From a virus, in IMG/VR virus record IMGVR_UViG_3300047357_001427, positions 6,923-70,922 of that record: a stretch of DNA of 64,000 bases; one strand, given 5' to 3'. Numbering within the stretch: position 1 is the stretch's first letter; every line of letters starts with the position of its first letter. Positions 28,901 through 38,228 of this stretch are shown here, one piece after another. The notes beneath the pieces were generated by a model. It searched no databases. It was not told the DNA's origin and worked only from the letters and a program-made list of their open reading frames with translations. Both the position numbers and the translations under genes were made by a program.

Positions 28901-31261
28901 GAAATTTCACCAGTACAGTTAAGTTACCCTAATTCAGTTGTTATAGGAACAAGGATCAATGCAAGAGATGTTCCGTCAATACCTAAAAGAAATTACAATT
29001 TAAAATTAAAAAAACTAGCGATACCCTCAAACTATAATCCAGAGACAAGAATATACGATGGAAATTGGAATGGGCTATTCAGGGGACAATCCTCAAGCGG
29101 TGACCAAGTTCCTGATACAGCTAAGGAATGGACCGACAATCCGGCTTGGTGTTTGTATGATTTAATATCAAACAAGAGATACGGGGTTGGGAAGTTTGGG
29201 GTAAAGCCTGAGAATATAGACAGGTGGACCCTTTATAGAATCGCTAAATATTGCGACGAATTTGTTCCGACTGGTTATAGTTCAAAGTATAAGCAGAGAG
29301 CATTTAAACTATACGGGGATAAAACTATAAAAATAGACCCTACAGAAAACTTAGACATTGCTAAATTTAATAAAGAGTTTAACCATCCTAACAAGAGGTT
29401 GGCTATATACTATGATAATAATAAGTATGAATCAATAAAAATAAATGGGACTTCAAATTCTGGAAACGAAGTGAGTTTAGAAATTAATCCATCTTTAGAT
29501 TTTGGTAAATGCGCAGTAGAAATAGATTACCCTCTCGTGGAGCCTAGGTATACTATTAATGCTTTTTTAATGAATTCCGATAATGCATTTAAATTAATAA
29601 ATGAATTTGCCGCAATTTTTAGAGCATTTGCATATTGGTCTGGTGGGGCAATTAATTTTTTCCAAGACGAAAAGAAAGACTCGGTAATGCTTTTCGCTAA
29701 CAATAACATATCTAAGGATGGATTCTCTTATTCAAGCACCCCAAAGACCAGTAGAACAAATTCGTGCAAGATAAAATACGTTGATAGGTTTAATAATTTT
29801 AAATCAAAAATAGAATATTCTGAGGAAAGAATATCGGTGCAGAAAAATAACATAATAGAGCAGACAATAGATGGTTTTGGGATAACTTCTCAAGGGCAAG
29901 CGAAGAGAGCTGCTGATTTTGTTGTTAAAAGCGCCAACATGGAATCAGAGATATTATCTTTTACGACCAGTTCAATTGGTTCTTATTTAAAGCCGGGAGA
30001 TGTGATAGATGTACTAGACAATAAGAGAACCATAGGAAGGTTTGCCGGAAAGGTAACAGATATATCAATATACGGGGACGGTAAGTCTGCTGAGATATCA
30101 GTAGATTACCCAATCAATTCAATAATAGAAAAAGACGACAAGGATACATGGAAGAATATAACATTATATAATATATCTGGAAATGAAACTATAAGATCTC
30201 TTGATGAAAAAATGCAGCCAAGCGACCAAGAGATATCAAATATGAGATCCTCTCAGATAAAAACATTTACAGCTGCAAACCTTTACGAAGATAATCAAAA
30301 ATTATTATTAGTAAGCAACCCATATAGTTTTATTTCGGGAGAGTACACTTGGGGAGAAGCAAAGAGAGATGCGGTAGATAGGGGTGGAAGTTTAGCTACA
30401 ATTACCAATGATACTGATCAATTATTAATGCAGTCAACCATTGAGTCTGGGCAAACTGGATGGATAGGTGGGTATTTCCTGGATTTACCCCCTCCTCCTA
30501 GATTCATATGGGATAAACCTGAAGCTTGCAATACTGATGAAATATCCTTTTATAGTTGGGCTGAAGGTTTTCCAAAAATAGGAGACTCACTTCAGGATCA
30601 CGAAGATCAGACTATAGTGACAGACTGTGATGAATTTGAAATAATGACAGACCCGCCAGATGGTTTTGGTAATTTTATAGCGACAAGTGGATCTGAAGAT
30701 AGTTCAATTAATGGAGACTGGGTGACACTGCCAGGGGTTAATAAAATAGGATATATATTACAGAAGGAAAGCGATGATTCGCTTTTCTCGCTAAAAGATG
30801 TTAAAGGTTCGACATTCATGATGGAGGACTCGGTAAACCTTGCTGAACCCAAGCAATTTAAAGTCGTAAACATCACAGAATCATCTAATGGAATTTTTGA
30901 AGTTAGAGGGTTAGAATATAATAAAGAAAAATTTGACAACATAGAAAAAAATATGTCGATAAAGGCTCCAGAATCTCCTGTTATTTTTACCGAAAGCGCG
31001 CTAGATGCACCTTCAGAAATAACTATAGAGATATTGAGCGAGAACGTGTCTAGGAAAATACCATACGGACTCAAGCTTTCATGGAATACTGTACTATCCG
31101 CAGCGAGCTACAAAGTTCAGTTTTTTAATGGAAATATATTAATGTCTACATTTGAAGTACCAAACGATAAGGGAAGCGAAACCAACTCCTATAGTTATAG
31201 GAATGAAATAATCAAGGAGAATGGCAATTATTATGGAAGGGTGTACTCTATAGTTTCGTGA
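25964..31261 (+). CDS. Fused tail assembly protein I / central tail-tip protein J
   Basis: N-terminal MKKVFLHGELGKEFG and VPLGYGRMKVGS (gpI). DLVCEGPIDG, YPNS, IPSNYNPETRIY, WTDNPAWCLYDL and LKPGDVIDV (gpJ). C-type-lectin-like insert and C-terminal FN3-like domain. Confidence 0.9.
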   Translation: MKKVFLHGELGKEFGEEWSLDVKSASEALSALFANNSLIEVYLNKKQQDNVFYGVRSGKCQSFLTSDEMSARTNDDFHLFPIPIGSGGAVVGLMVTAATTAASMYVSKKMAEAMQREDKTVKAQTQSFLFNGSENRYEQGATVPLGYGRMKVGSNTISACNVNYDYDSDKGDIFNFTSGLYSLIPTYSKYYNDEYGPLGSSFHVNQFDGSSKFKTADPAYLFLKTAPSLNTFGSNDGSYGQYEDAAAQQNRYVTQGSSEGNSIGGYMYYEYNYFKGLNKSLLGNAQANGNWFQDPNILDNTLAVSSAVAIKSSLVCLQSAPIAGNEEKVFYPIMFADSELTSARNPIDRNDQGFAPIQVGERWKGADKNNGVGWFKLESASVYKAVDLVCEGPIDGFSDNNGDTLKFRKELERNDDPALMRNSMDDYLQGVYLNDDQAKEVNHATNLDSYNINEFDIDIGMNKDGLIGSNDQSLLEPQYLFTANTKDINAPLYGPRSINQGAIVTEQNDIGPFKQNKTYKLGELVSYQDDGQSYNYKLSNSLSNKFSKNEDYNYAADDVKIVYEENGDSKTFYAATQLINEYNTFDGGYVDIENDNYYLPGDKIKSESFLGGVKYYEMGPDSEKFLGVFDYKKTYAGLNGYVIMKSQGDVNSTSPIYKITGDYNPAENDSIGEFAKLLMHKYRDEDNQEKVVSSDPIYILKNTEDEDLAGNRIIGDEQDITPSTSNLWQSIVITSPQDEVKNGPIGPGIQGDEYNGDLNLFKFANNDSVELTKSQEEEYYVAHSIINPLVEEVYVSLQIDELAYIYEGDELNVTYKPGALMGALFGLMIVAEEATAVAGSIAAAIGLPTEPGAKIMGGKQMAKAVAKIASVIALGAVLGNNTKFKIGTKVENSGETWPNRARFRIKYGNQGESQYSTDVYIYGVATSPYRKDVKIYLPPNPSAKDRSIKVYKLNRERNPVKEGEQSARYKEKMLLAGITEISPVQLSYPNSVVIGTRINARDVPSIPKRNYNLKLKKLAIPSNYNPETRIYDGNWNGLFRGQSSSGDQVPDTAKEWTDNPAWCLYDLISNKRYGVGKFGVKPENIDRWTLYRIAKYCDEFVPTGYSSKYKQRAFKLYGDKTIKIDPTENLDIAKFNKEFNHPNKRLAIYYDNNKYESIKINGTSNSGNEVSLEINPSLDFGKCAVEIDYPLVEPRYTINAFLMNSDNAFKLINEFAAIFRAFAYWSGGAINFFQDEKKDSVMLFANNNISKDGFSYSSTPKTSRTNSCKIKYVDRFNNFKSKIEYSEERISVQKNNIIEQTIDGFGITSQGQAKRAADFVVKSANMESEILSFTTSSIGSYLKPGDVIDVLDNKRTIGRFAGKVTDISIYGDGKSAEISVDYPINSIIEKDDKDTWKNITLYNISGNETIRSLDEKMQPSDQEISNMRSSQIKTFTAANLYEDNQKLLLVSNPYSFISGEYTWGEAKRDAVDRGGSLATITNDTDQLLMQSTIESGQTGWIGGYFLDLPPPPRFIWDKPEACNTDEISFYSWAEGFPKIGDSLQDHEDQTIVTDCDEFEIMTDPPDGFGNFIATSGSEDSSINGDWVTLPGVNKIGYILQKESDDSLFSLKDVKGSTFMMEDSVNLAEPKQFKVVNITESSNGIFEVRGLEYNKEKFDNIEKNMSIKAPESPVIFTESALDAPSEITIEILSENVSRKIPYGLKLSWNTVLSAASYKVQFFNGNILMSTFEVPNDKGSETNSYSYRNEIIKENGNYYGRVYSIVS

Positions 31262-33768
31262 TGTCATTCTCAAATTCTAAAACAGTAAGGGTGCCATTGT
31301 CCGACCCAATTCCAAAATACGGAAAAACTTTTAGAGTATCTAATATTTATTTAAACTCTTCAAGTCAGGCGCAGAAAGTAAAAGATCTAAAGGAATCTTC
31401 AACTGAGACGTCTTACTATAATCAAGACTTTGAGAATAAGTATCTATCGGTAGGGTGGGACATAATAGATCCCAGGAACAACTACGAGTATAAAATAAGT
31501 TCAGAAATAGAGGCTAATGAATATATCAGCGGTTTTAATGTAGATGTATATAAAAATTATGGAGACTTAACCGGGCAAAATGCAATAGATAACGGCGAAA
31601 AAGTATTTTCAGCAACTGGAATAAAAAACAATTCTATAGAATACGAAATAAGTGATAATGATTTTTATAGAAATTATTCTGTTGAAGTAACGCTAATTGA
31701 TTTTACAGGCAACAAGAGTGTTGGATTACTTACGACACAGAATCCGAATGCAGAGTTTAATATTCCTGTAAGTGGTATGGAATCCGGTATATTTACTTGC
31801 AATTATATTAAGCCCACGGGGGAAAATGGCGAAGATAAATCTCATGATCTTCAATATGTGACTCTTTATAATTTTACTGGATTGCAAATGGGAACCTTCC
31901 CTGGGGTGGACAATAGCGCGAGAAGTGTCTTGTCAAAAAATGGTTATTTAGAAATAGAATTAACCCCTGGAACTGCGAATTACATAATGTCTATAGCTTC
32001 GGATTCTTATTCATCTGGGAGTCCATATGGATTCTTTAAGGATCAGGAATATTTAACTGGCACTGGCTTCACTGGTTACGTAGGCAGGAATGATGAGCCA
32101 TTTTTAATAGATTACTACCCTGAAGTTAGCTCTATTAGTGGTGGTAGAATATCTGGAGCTGATGCATATCATTATGAATTCGAAGTGAATTACGACACTG
32201 GCAGTAATTTACTTCATACTGTTTATGGTATAACAGGAACGGGTCAAACATCTGGTTCTGTTTCTGGTTACGATGGGCAAATATTCTTCGATAGTGGGGT
32301 TTTGTTTGACACAAGCTATAATGATAATAATACTGGATTGCAGTACATTTATGATAACTCACTAAGCTTGCATAGCGGTTTTTTTACTGGTGAGTTAATT
32401 GACGTGCGAACGGTAACTGGAGTTGGTTTTACCGGCTCTGGGACATATGGCAGTGGAGCTGGGCATTATTGGCAGGAAGGTTTTCCGAAATACACAGGTT
32501 ACGAATCTACCGGTGCAGGAGGGGAAATAATTTCTGGGGGTTTTTATGATTATGGGTACTTTGACCCATACATAGGAAAATTTAAATGTGCAAGTTATTC
32601 CGAAGTGAAATCCGAAAACCAGGAACCTGTTGGGATATATTCAATGCCAAAAAACAATCCAAATAGCTATGATATAAAATATAGATCAACTTCAAATTTC
32701 ACAAAAACATATGAACAGGCAGCTTCTTATTTAAATTCAATAGGAGAAATGCCGGCGGTTATATTAAACCCTTCGCAACTAAATAAGTTAGTTAAGATTA
32801 ATGGCGACATTGGTTGGGTTGGTTTAAGGAGAAATAATGTTGCCGTGCTTACCGGAATTTTTACTCAAGATTTTGATAATCAATCATTTTTTGATGGAAC
32901 AAATTTTGATAATGAGCTTAGTAGGGATTTAGAATTTATTAATTCAAGTGGACTTCTAGAGATGTCAAGATTAGAAGTTAATAACGTAGGGAATGATTGG
33001 TGTTGGACTAATTCAAGTGGGACTCATATATATAAATATGCGGGAAGTGGTTATGAAAAGACTAGAAGTGCAAATATATCCTTTGATATAATTAGAGATA
33101 TTGATGGCAGGGTTATTAGTTCAACTGGGCACACTGCAGAAGCTCCGCCGATGGAAATTTCTGAGATTACAGCTGAGTCAGGAAATCAAACAGTAAAGTT
33201 TGATTATAAATTTACAAATCAATATTTCGAAACTGGCAGCACTAATTATAACGTGGTACAAATGAACCTATATGGAGGTACAGGCGAAGGTTTTATCGCA
33301 AATAATGGTAGTTTGTTATCAACACATTACATAACAGACCAGAACGATGGATCAAATGGGGGTGATTTAATGCAGGGCTCTATTTCTTACAAAATTAATC
33401 AGGGGTACTCAGTTCCAGAATATTTTAAGTTAATGCCGTTTGATACAATAGGTTCAGGGATATTGGCCAACGTAAACGAATTAGCCGGACAGGGATCTAT
33501 AACAACGAACTCAAATGATCAAGCCACAATCATAAGCTTAGACGGTATGCATTTTAAAAACTCAAACTGCATAGATGTAGAGTTTCCTTTTACCCACCAG
33601 AATGTACCAGTGGTTACGTTTGGACTAAATTATACTGGGAGCAATGATAATGTATCTTACTTAGGGGCGATGATAGCTAGTGAGCCTAGTAAGTCTTCAG
33701 TTAGATTTGTACTTACAAATCCCCCTCCAAGTACTGGATACGCATTAAACGTTAGGTCGATAGGTTAG
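31258..33768 (+). CDS. Putative tail fibre / receptor-binding protein
   Basis: Directly after gpJ; Gly/Thr/Tyr-rich; C-type-lectin-like TYEQAASYL..GWVGLRR..WCW; C-terminal VEFPFTHQNVPVV beta-sandwich pattern. Confidence 0.55.
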   Translation: MMSFSNSKTVRVPLSDPIPKYGKTFRVSNIYLNSSSQAQKVKDLKESSTETSYYNQDFENKYLSVGWDIIDPRNNYEYKISSEIEANEYISGFNVDVYKNYGDLTGQNAIDNGEKVFSATGIKNNSIEYEISDNDFYRNYSVEVTLIDFTGNKSVGLLTTQNPNAEFNIPVSGMESGIFTCNYIKPTGENGEDKSHDLQYVTLYNFTGLQMGTFPGVDNSARSVLSKNGYLEIELTPGTANYIMSIASDSYSSGSPYGFFKDQEYLTGTGFTGYVGRNDEPFLIDYYPEVSSISGGRISGADAYHYEFEVNYDTGSNLLHTVYGITGTGQTSGSVSGYDGQIFFDSGVLFDTSYNDNNTGLQYIYDNSLSLHSGFFTGELIDVRTVTGVGFTGSGTYGSGAGHYWQEGFPKYTGYESTGAGGEIISGGFYDYGYFDPYIGKFKCASYSEVKSENQEPVGIYSMPKNNPNSYDIKYRSTSNFTKTYEQAASYLNSIGEMPAVILNPSQLNKLVKINGDIGWVGLRRNNVAVLTGIFTQDFDNQSFFDGTNFDNELSRDLEFINSSGLLEMSRLEVNNVGNDWCWTNSSGTHIYKYAGSGYEKTRSANISFDIIRDIDGRVISSTGHTAEAPPMEISEITAESGNQTVKFDYKFTNQYFETGSTNYNVVQMNLYGGTGEGFIANNGSLLSTHYITDQNDGSNGGDLMQGSISYKINQGYSVPEYFKLMPFDTIGSGILANVNELAGQGSITTNSNDQATIISLDGMHFKNSNCIDVEFPFTHQNVPVVTFGLNYTGSNDNVSYLGAMIASEPSKSSVRFVLTNPPPSTGYALNVRSIG

Positions 33769-33772
33769 GAAA

Positions 33773-34591
33773 CTAGGATATTAAGCTGATTAATATCTTG
33801 GCGTCTTTGACTGATATATCATCCCAGTCTTTCCAGGATTCTATGTTCTTATTTTGGTAGATTCCTTCTTTTTTTTCTTGCCAGCATTTTTTAATAAACG
33901 GCTTGAATTCTTCAAACGATTCAGTAGAGAGAATACTCTTTGCTCTATTTCTTAGGGTAGTTATAGGGCTAAATGGATCACTTTTTTTAGAAGAATCTTT
34001 ATGCGCAGGTGCGTTTGGGTTTGATTTATCAATCTCGTCATCTCCAACTATATGGACATTAAGGAAGTTCCTGACACATCTAACGAAAGATCTATTGCAA
34101 GCTATAGTCTCTAGGAATTTGGTAGCAAAACTGCTTGTGTTTTTTGTGCTTGCATTTGCCATATCCTGAAATGAGACTGGCTCATTTCCTGTTTCATAGT
34201 TGGGGATAAAGACCGTACTACAAGTAACTGCAACGTGGTGGTCTTCGCACTTATCCATAGAGTAAGAAATGCTTGAAAAACCCCTAAGCCTGGCCAGCTC
34301 TTTGATTCCGCTGAGCTTGATCAGTAGCTGGTTATCTTTTAGCCCATCTATAGATCTTGGCATATCTTTGTTTCGAGCCTGAAACCAAAGCTTATTTGGG
34401 AACAAATGCTCTTCTTTTATCATCGCTCTCCAGTTCACAGAGCCGTCTTCATTAAAGACATATTGAATATTTTTAAGCAAACCGCTCTCATCCCTGTTGA
34501 ATAAGGATGGACCGATAGAGTTATCTATTTTAGAGTCTGAGACGGTTGAGGAGTTTTCAGTTGTTGTTTCACTTTTTTTTGATTTTGTCAT
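33773..34591 (-). CDS. Hypothetical protein, possible Rad52/Sak-like annealing protein
   Basis: LIKLSGIKELARLRG..VAVTC..ETIACNRSFVRCVRNFLNV..DDEI pattern; same-strand cluster as SSB. Confidence 0.4.
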   Translation of the reverse strand: MTKSKKSETTTENSSTVSDSKIDNSIGPSLFNRDESGLLKNIQYVFNEDGSVNWRAMIKEEHLFPNKLWFQARNKDMPRSIDGLKDNQLLIKLSGIKELARLRGFSSISYSMDKCEDHHVAVTCSTVFIPNYETGNEPVSFQDMANASTKNTSSFATKFLETIACNRSFVRCVRNFLNVHIVGDDEIDKSNPNAPAHKDSSKKSDPFSPITTLRNRAKSILSTESFEEFKPFIKKCWQEKKEGIYQNKNIESWKDWDDISVKDAKILISLIS

Positions 34592-35747
34592 GGTTATAAA
34601 TATTTAGGTGATTTACTTCTTCCCAGAAATCATCATTATCAATAATATTTTGGTCTTCGATTTCTCTTTCAATACCAGCTTTCCATGAAGCCTTACTTGA
34701 GTATTCTTTACCATTAGATATTAATAACTTGTTGCTGTGATAGAAAGTATTATCACATAATGCAGAACAAAAGTCAAGGTCTTTATTTTTCTTTTTTATA
34801 TATTCTTCTATGGTTCTATCAAAAAAATTAAATCTTAATTCGGATATATTCTCGCGCTCCCTGCAAACTAATGAGTATTTAATGTTCATGGAATCTAGGC
34901 TACAAAGGTAATCTTCGTCAAAATTTAAATCTTCCATAAATAATGTAATTCCTGCAATATTAGATCTATGCCTGTAGATTAAATTTAAGTCAATCTTCCT
35001 GGAGGTCATTAGGTTGATCTTGAAATTAAACCATTCGTGAATAAATGAGTCATCGTCCGTATAGTCACACCGAAGATTAATTATGGATGTTGGCGAAAAG
35101 CCTAATGGACAATGGTGGTCGGGTATAACTTCTAATATGCTATTATTATAGTACTGACCTATGTTTAAGGTTTTATAACCATCTAGGTTGTTGCTAACAT
35201 CTATAAAGTTTAAAGCTTTGAAGAATATTTCCTCAGGATTTATTTTATCAATTGATTTATTTTTATCCATACCTGAGTAGCTAGGTTTTGAGCCTTCCAA
35301 ATCAGGAGATAAGCAAAAGTGCTTAGACTCCCTATTCCATACTGGGCCAGACTGCTCAGGAAGCATATCTGAAAATATTGATATAGATGGAATATCTAAG
35401 CATGAAGACAGGTGTAAGGAAAAGCTGTCAACACAAATGTGCAGAGAAGAGCCTTTTAATATATAAACGATATTCTTAAAAGATGTAGATCCTCTAAGAT
35501 CATGATCTACACCCTTACATTGGTAATCTTCTTTTGAGCCAACTTGTATTACATCATAACCTTTGGCGTTTTTTTTAATCATGGAAACCACGGTTTCCCA
35601 GTGAGAATAATTTCTTGATTGTATGCCTTTAGACGTTTGTAGGGTTATGTATTTATCGGAAGTAATTGGATAAAAATGATCAGAAATTTGTGGGCGCCCT
35701 ATTTTGACTCCTAGGCATTTTGCGTACTCTTCAATTAAGTGACTCAT
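34569..35747 (-). CDS. GT9 (heptosyltransferase-like) C-terminal domain protein
   Basis: VIQVGS, DLRGSTS and HICVDSFSLHLSSCLDIPSISIF match the GT9 C-terminal lobe. Confidence 0.7.
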   Translation of the reverse strand: MSHLIEEYAKCLGVKIGRPQISDHFYPITSDKYITLQTSKGIQSRNYSHWETVVSMIKKNAKGYDVIQVGSKEDYQCKGVDHDLRGSTSFKNIVYILKGSSLHICVDSFSLHLSSCLDIPSISIFSDMLPEQSGPVWNRESKHFCLSPDLEGSKPSYSGMDKNKSIDKINPEEIFFKALNFIDVSNNLDGYKTLNIGQYYNNSILEVIPDHHCPLGFSPTSIINLRCDYTDDDSFIHEWFNFKINLMTSRKIDLNLIYRHRSNIAGITLFMEDLNFDEDYLCSLDSMNIKYSLVCRERENISELRFNFFDRTIEEYIKKKNKDLDFCSALCDNTFYHSNKLLISNGKEYSSKASWKAGIEREIEDQNIIDNDDFWEEVNHLNIYNHDKIKKK

Positions 35748-37657
35748 AATTTGCTTTTTAATTCGAATTGGTTTTTATCTTTTCCGTTGTGCTGAAAGTT
35801 GAATATTTTCTGGGTGCCAATATGTGGGAGAAAAGCTAAATCAAAATATCCCTTATGGTCACCGCAGCCTTCTAGGAATAATAAATTATCAAGCTCCTCT
35901 TTGTACGCTATGACTTTATGTACGTTGCTGTTGTCCTCAATACAATCAAAGAATTCAGGTTTAGTTATTATGTAAATATTATGGTCAGGATAAAGGTTTT
36001 TAACTTCGCCTAATAGTCCATTAATCATCAGAACATCAGACTCATTTCTTGGGATAACGATGGCGAGTCTATTTTCAGGACCTTCGTCGTCAAGTAAGTC
36101 CTTGAAATCTAAGGATTTACCGATGGTGGAGTTTTCTTTATTTGCCACATCTTTGAAATATTCAATTATCCCCTCCCTGCTTTTACCTTTGGACATTTCC
36201 TGTATCCAGTATTTATGACCATCATCAGTATTTGGATCGACATCTACGTTTAATATGTTTTTATATATATCAACCAACCACTCAGAGTCAGACTCAATTT
36301 CAGGAGGACTATATTTTGAGTTCCTTAATTTTTCTAAAAAATTAAAATCCCAATTATTGTCTGGCATTGAATCTATTATGCCTTCTAGCTGTGATCCAAT
36401 GACGCCGCACGAGAAATTATCTTCAACAAACTTGCGGCCAATCTTGCCCATTTTATCTCTCTTAGCGCGCTTCATTTTGAAGACCTTAGTTAATTGTTTT
36501 GATATGCTTGATGGGTACGTGCTAGCTTTTATGAATTGAGTTCCAGGCTCCCTGTATTCAGCCCAATCCAACGGGAAGGATCCGCATTCTGCACTTGAGG
36601 TGTCTTCTCCGCAGCTATAGTTTGTGACAAGTGTTACGAGCTCGGTAAGTTTGGCTTCTTGTATTGGTATTTCTTGGCCTCCCGAAGTAAACGGGTGACA
36701 ATATACATCCATGAGGTTGTATATTTCGTTAAGTTGTTTTTCTGAAACGCCTGATTGTACGTTTGTGGTGCTCTGGGTTTTTTTTGAACCGCAAAATTTG
36801 CAATCTAATTTTTGACCTTGAAATGGTTTAATTTCATATTGCCTACAAGACGCACAGTAGTAAGTAGTAAGAACTCTGGAGTTTTCAATTCCTTTCTCTT
36901 TTATTAATCTTGTGATATCCCATCCTTCTCCCCAATGGGTGTGGAGTAATAATTTAGCGTTAGATTCTGGGTTTTGTTTAATGAAGTCAAAGAAACCCTC
37001 CAGTAAGTTCGGTACACTTTTCCTTAGTTGGTTTCTAAAAACAAAGCCAATTAAAAAACAGTTGGTGTCAATCAAAAACTTCTTCCTTAATGCTGACTTA
37101 CTTTCTTCTGGAATCTTGAAGAAGCTCTTTGTTTCAACAGCTCCCCTTAAGGTCTTTACTTGGTTGTGGCCTAGTTTTTTAAGTTCTCTTTCTGCAAAGC
37201 TTGCCCATACATAAAAATTTTTAATGAATGGCGCAGCCTCTATGGCTAATGGCAAAATTGGCTCCGAATCTAACGTTGTCCATATCATGCAATTGGTCTT
37301 ATTCCACCAGTTTCTTTTCCAATATCCGTTAAAGCCCCATATGTCTTCTGCACCTATATATACATCAGGCTTAAATTCTTTAATTAAGTCATCTATGGTT
37401 TCTGCGCCGTAACCTGCAGCTCTAGCCATATTAGGATCCTTATTTAATTGTTTGAGTTTTTCTTGGTCGTCAGGTAGGGTTCCTACGCATTTCCATGGTA
37501 GCTTTGATAGAGCTGGGTGGAGTTTAGTCATACCATTGCACGCTTCTATTATTTCGTATTTTCCTGTAGAGTGTAGGTGACGTAATACATTTTTACAATT
37601 CTTACCGAAGCCAGTAAAAGCTTTACTGTGATTACTATGAAATAATATCTTCTTCAT
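35744..37657 (-). CDS. GT4-like glycosyltransferase with Zn-ribbon insert, DUF4214-like segment and GT9 N-lobe
   Basis: FTGFG, FVFRNQLRK, LNEIYNLMDVYCHPFTSGGQEIPIQEA. CASC/CKFC pair. IYKNIL..DDGHKYW..GKSREGIIEYF. C-terminal LAIVIPRNESDVLM..LYPDHNIYIITKP. Confidence 0.8.
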   Translation of the reverse strand: MKKILFHSNHSKAFTGFGKNCKNVLRHLHSTGKYEIIEACNGMTKLHPALSKLPWKCVGTLPDDQEKLKQLNKDPNMARAAGYGAETIDDLIKEFKPDVYIGAEDIWGFNGYWKRNWWNKTNCMIWTTLDSEPILPLAIEAAPFIKNFYVWASFAERELKKLGHNQVKTLRGAVETKSFFKIPEESKSALRKKFLIDTNCFLIGFVFRNQLRKSVPNLLEGFFDFIKQNPESNAKLLLHTHWGEGWDITRLIKEKGIENSRVLTTYYCASCRQYEIKPFQGQKLDCKFCGSKKTQSTTNVQSGVSEKQLNEIYNLMDVYCHPFTSGGQEIPIQEAKLTELVTLVTNYSCGEDTSSAECGSFPLDWAEYREPGTQFIKASTYPSSISKQLTKVFKMKRAKRDKMGKIGRKFVEDNFSCGVIGSQLEGIIDSMPDNNWDFNFLEKLRNSKYSPPEIESDSEWLVDIYKNILNVDVDPNTDDGHKYWIQEMSKGKSREGIIEYFKDVANKENSTIGKSLDFKDLLDDEGPENRLAIVIPRNESDVLMINGLLGEVKNLYPDHNIYIITKPEFFDCIEDNSNVHKVIAYKEELDNLLFLEGCGDHKGYFDLAFLPHIGTQKIFNFQHNGKDKNQFELKSKL

Positions 37658-38226
37658 TAAATCGGGCAGTCTTCTTCGGTTTTAGAGTATTTAGATTTAG
37701 AAAATGACTCAATATTTTTCTCTATACGAAAGTTGTATATTCTAGTTAGAATAGTTTCTAGGAATCTAGATAAGCATTCCGCCTCTCCAGCTTCTAGTGA
37801 ACATTTAAATGTACTACTTCCGTTTTTAATAATTGTCAACCCGAAGTTTGGCAGTATTTGAATCTCCTCTTTGTAGCTTTTTGTTTTTGCGTCAAACTTA
37901 GAAACTTTAGATTCTTTATCCCACGGAGTAAATTTTATAGTAGTTTTTTTACCTTCGAATTGATGGAAGGTGTCGTATGCAAATCTATTCTTTACTGCGT
38001 TGATTATTGAGCCACACTCAAACTCGTTGAATTTCAGGGTAATGTTTTTCTCTGGGTCTTCCTTGTTCTTGATGAAGGTTCCTCGCCTAGCTTTCTCGTC
38101 CCAGCTGTGCTGCATTATAGCTGAAACGAACAAAATAGGTTCGCCGCTATTCTTGTCGTGACCCATTGAGAAACTGAAACCGAATCCAGAGTTGTATTTA
38201 TTTGGTTTGTATAATTGTAAGCTCAT
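37657..38226 (-). CDS. Hypothetical protein, Whirly-like ssDNA-binding fold suspected
   Basis: LYKP, ITLKFNEFECGSII, TFH and SLEAGEAECLSRFL follow the motif order of the Whirly domain. Confidence 0.45.
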   Translation of the reverse strand: MSLQLYKPNKYNSGFGFSFSMGHDKNSGEPILFVSAIMQHSWDEKARRGTFIKNKEDPEKNITLKFNEFECGSIINAVKNRFAYDTFHQFEGKKTTIKFTPWDKESKVSKFDAKTKSYKEEIQILPNFGLTIIKNGSSTFKCSLEAGEAECLSRFLETILTRIYNFRIEKNIESFSKSKYSKTEEDCPI

Positions 38227-38228
38227 AA

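Noticed and set aside
30323-33768. Diversity-generating retroelement targeting the lectin-like domains
   Set aside because: No reverse transcriptase and no template/variable repeat pair differing at adenines was seen in this window.
1-33768. Contractile tail, T6SS or eCIS interpretation
   Set aside because: No sheath or baseplate wedge genes were recognised; gpM/L/K/I/J-like genes indicate a non-contractile tip.
33760-33780. Terminator between the convergent gene blocks
   Set aside because: The stops are only 4 bp apart and no convincing hairpin is visible.
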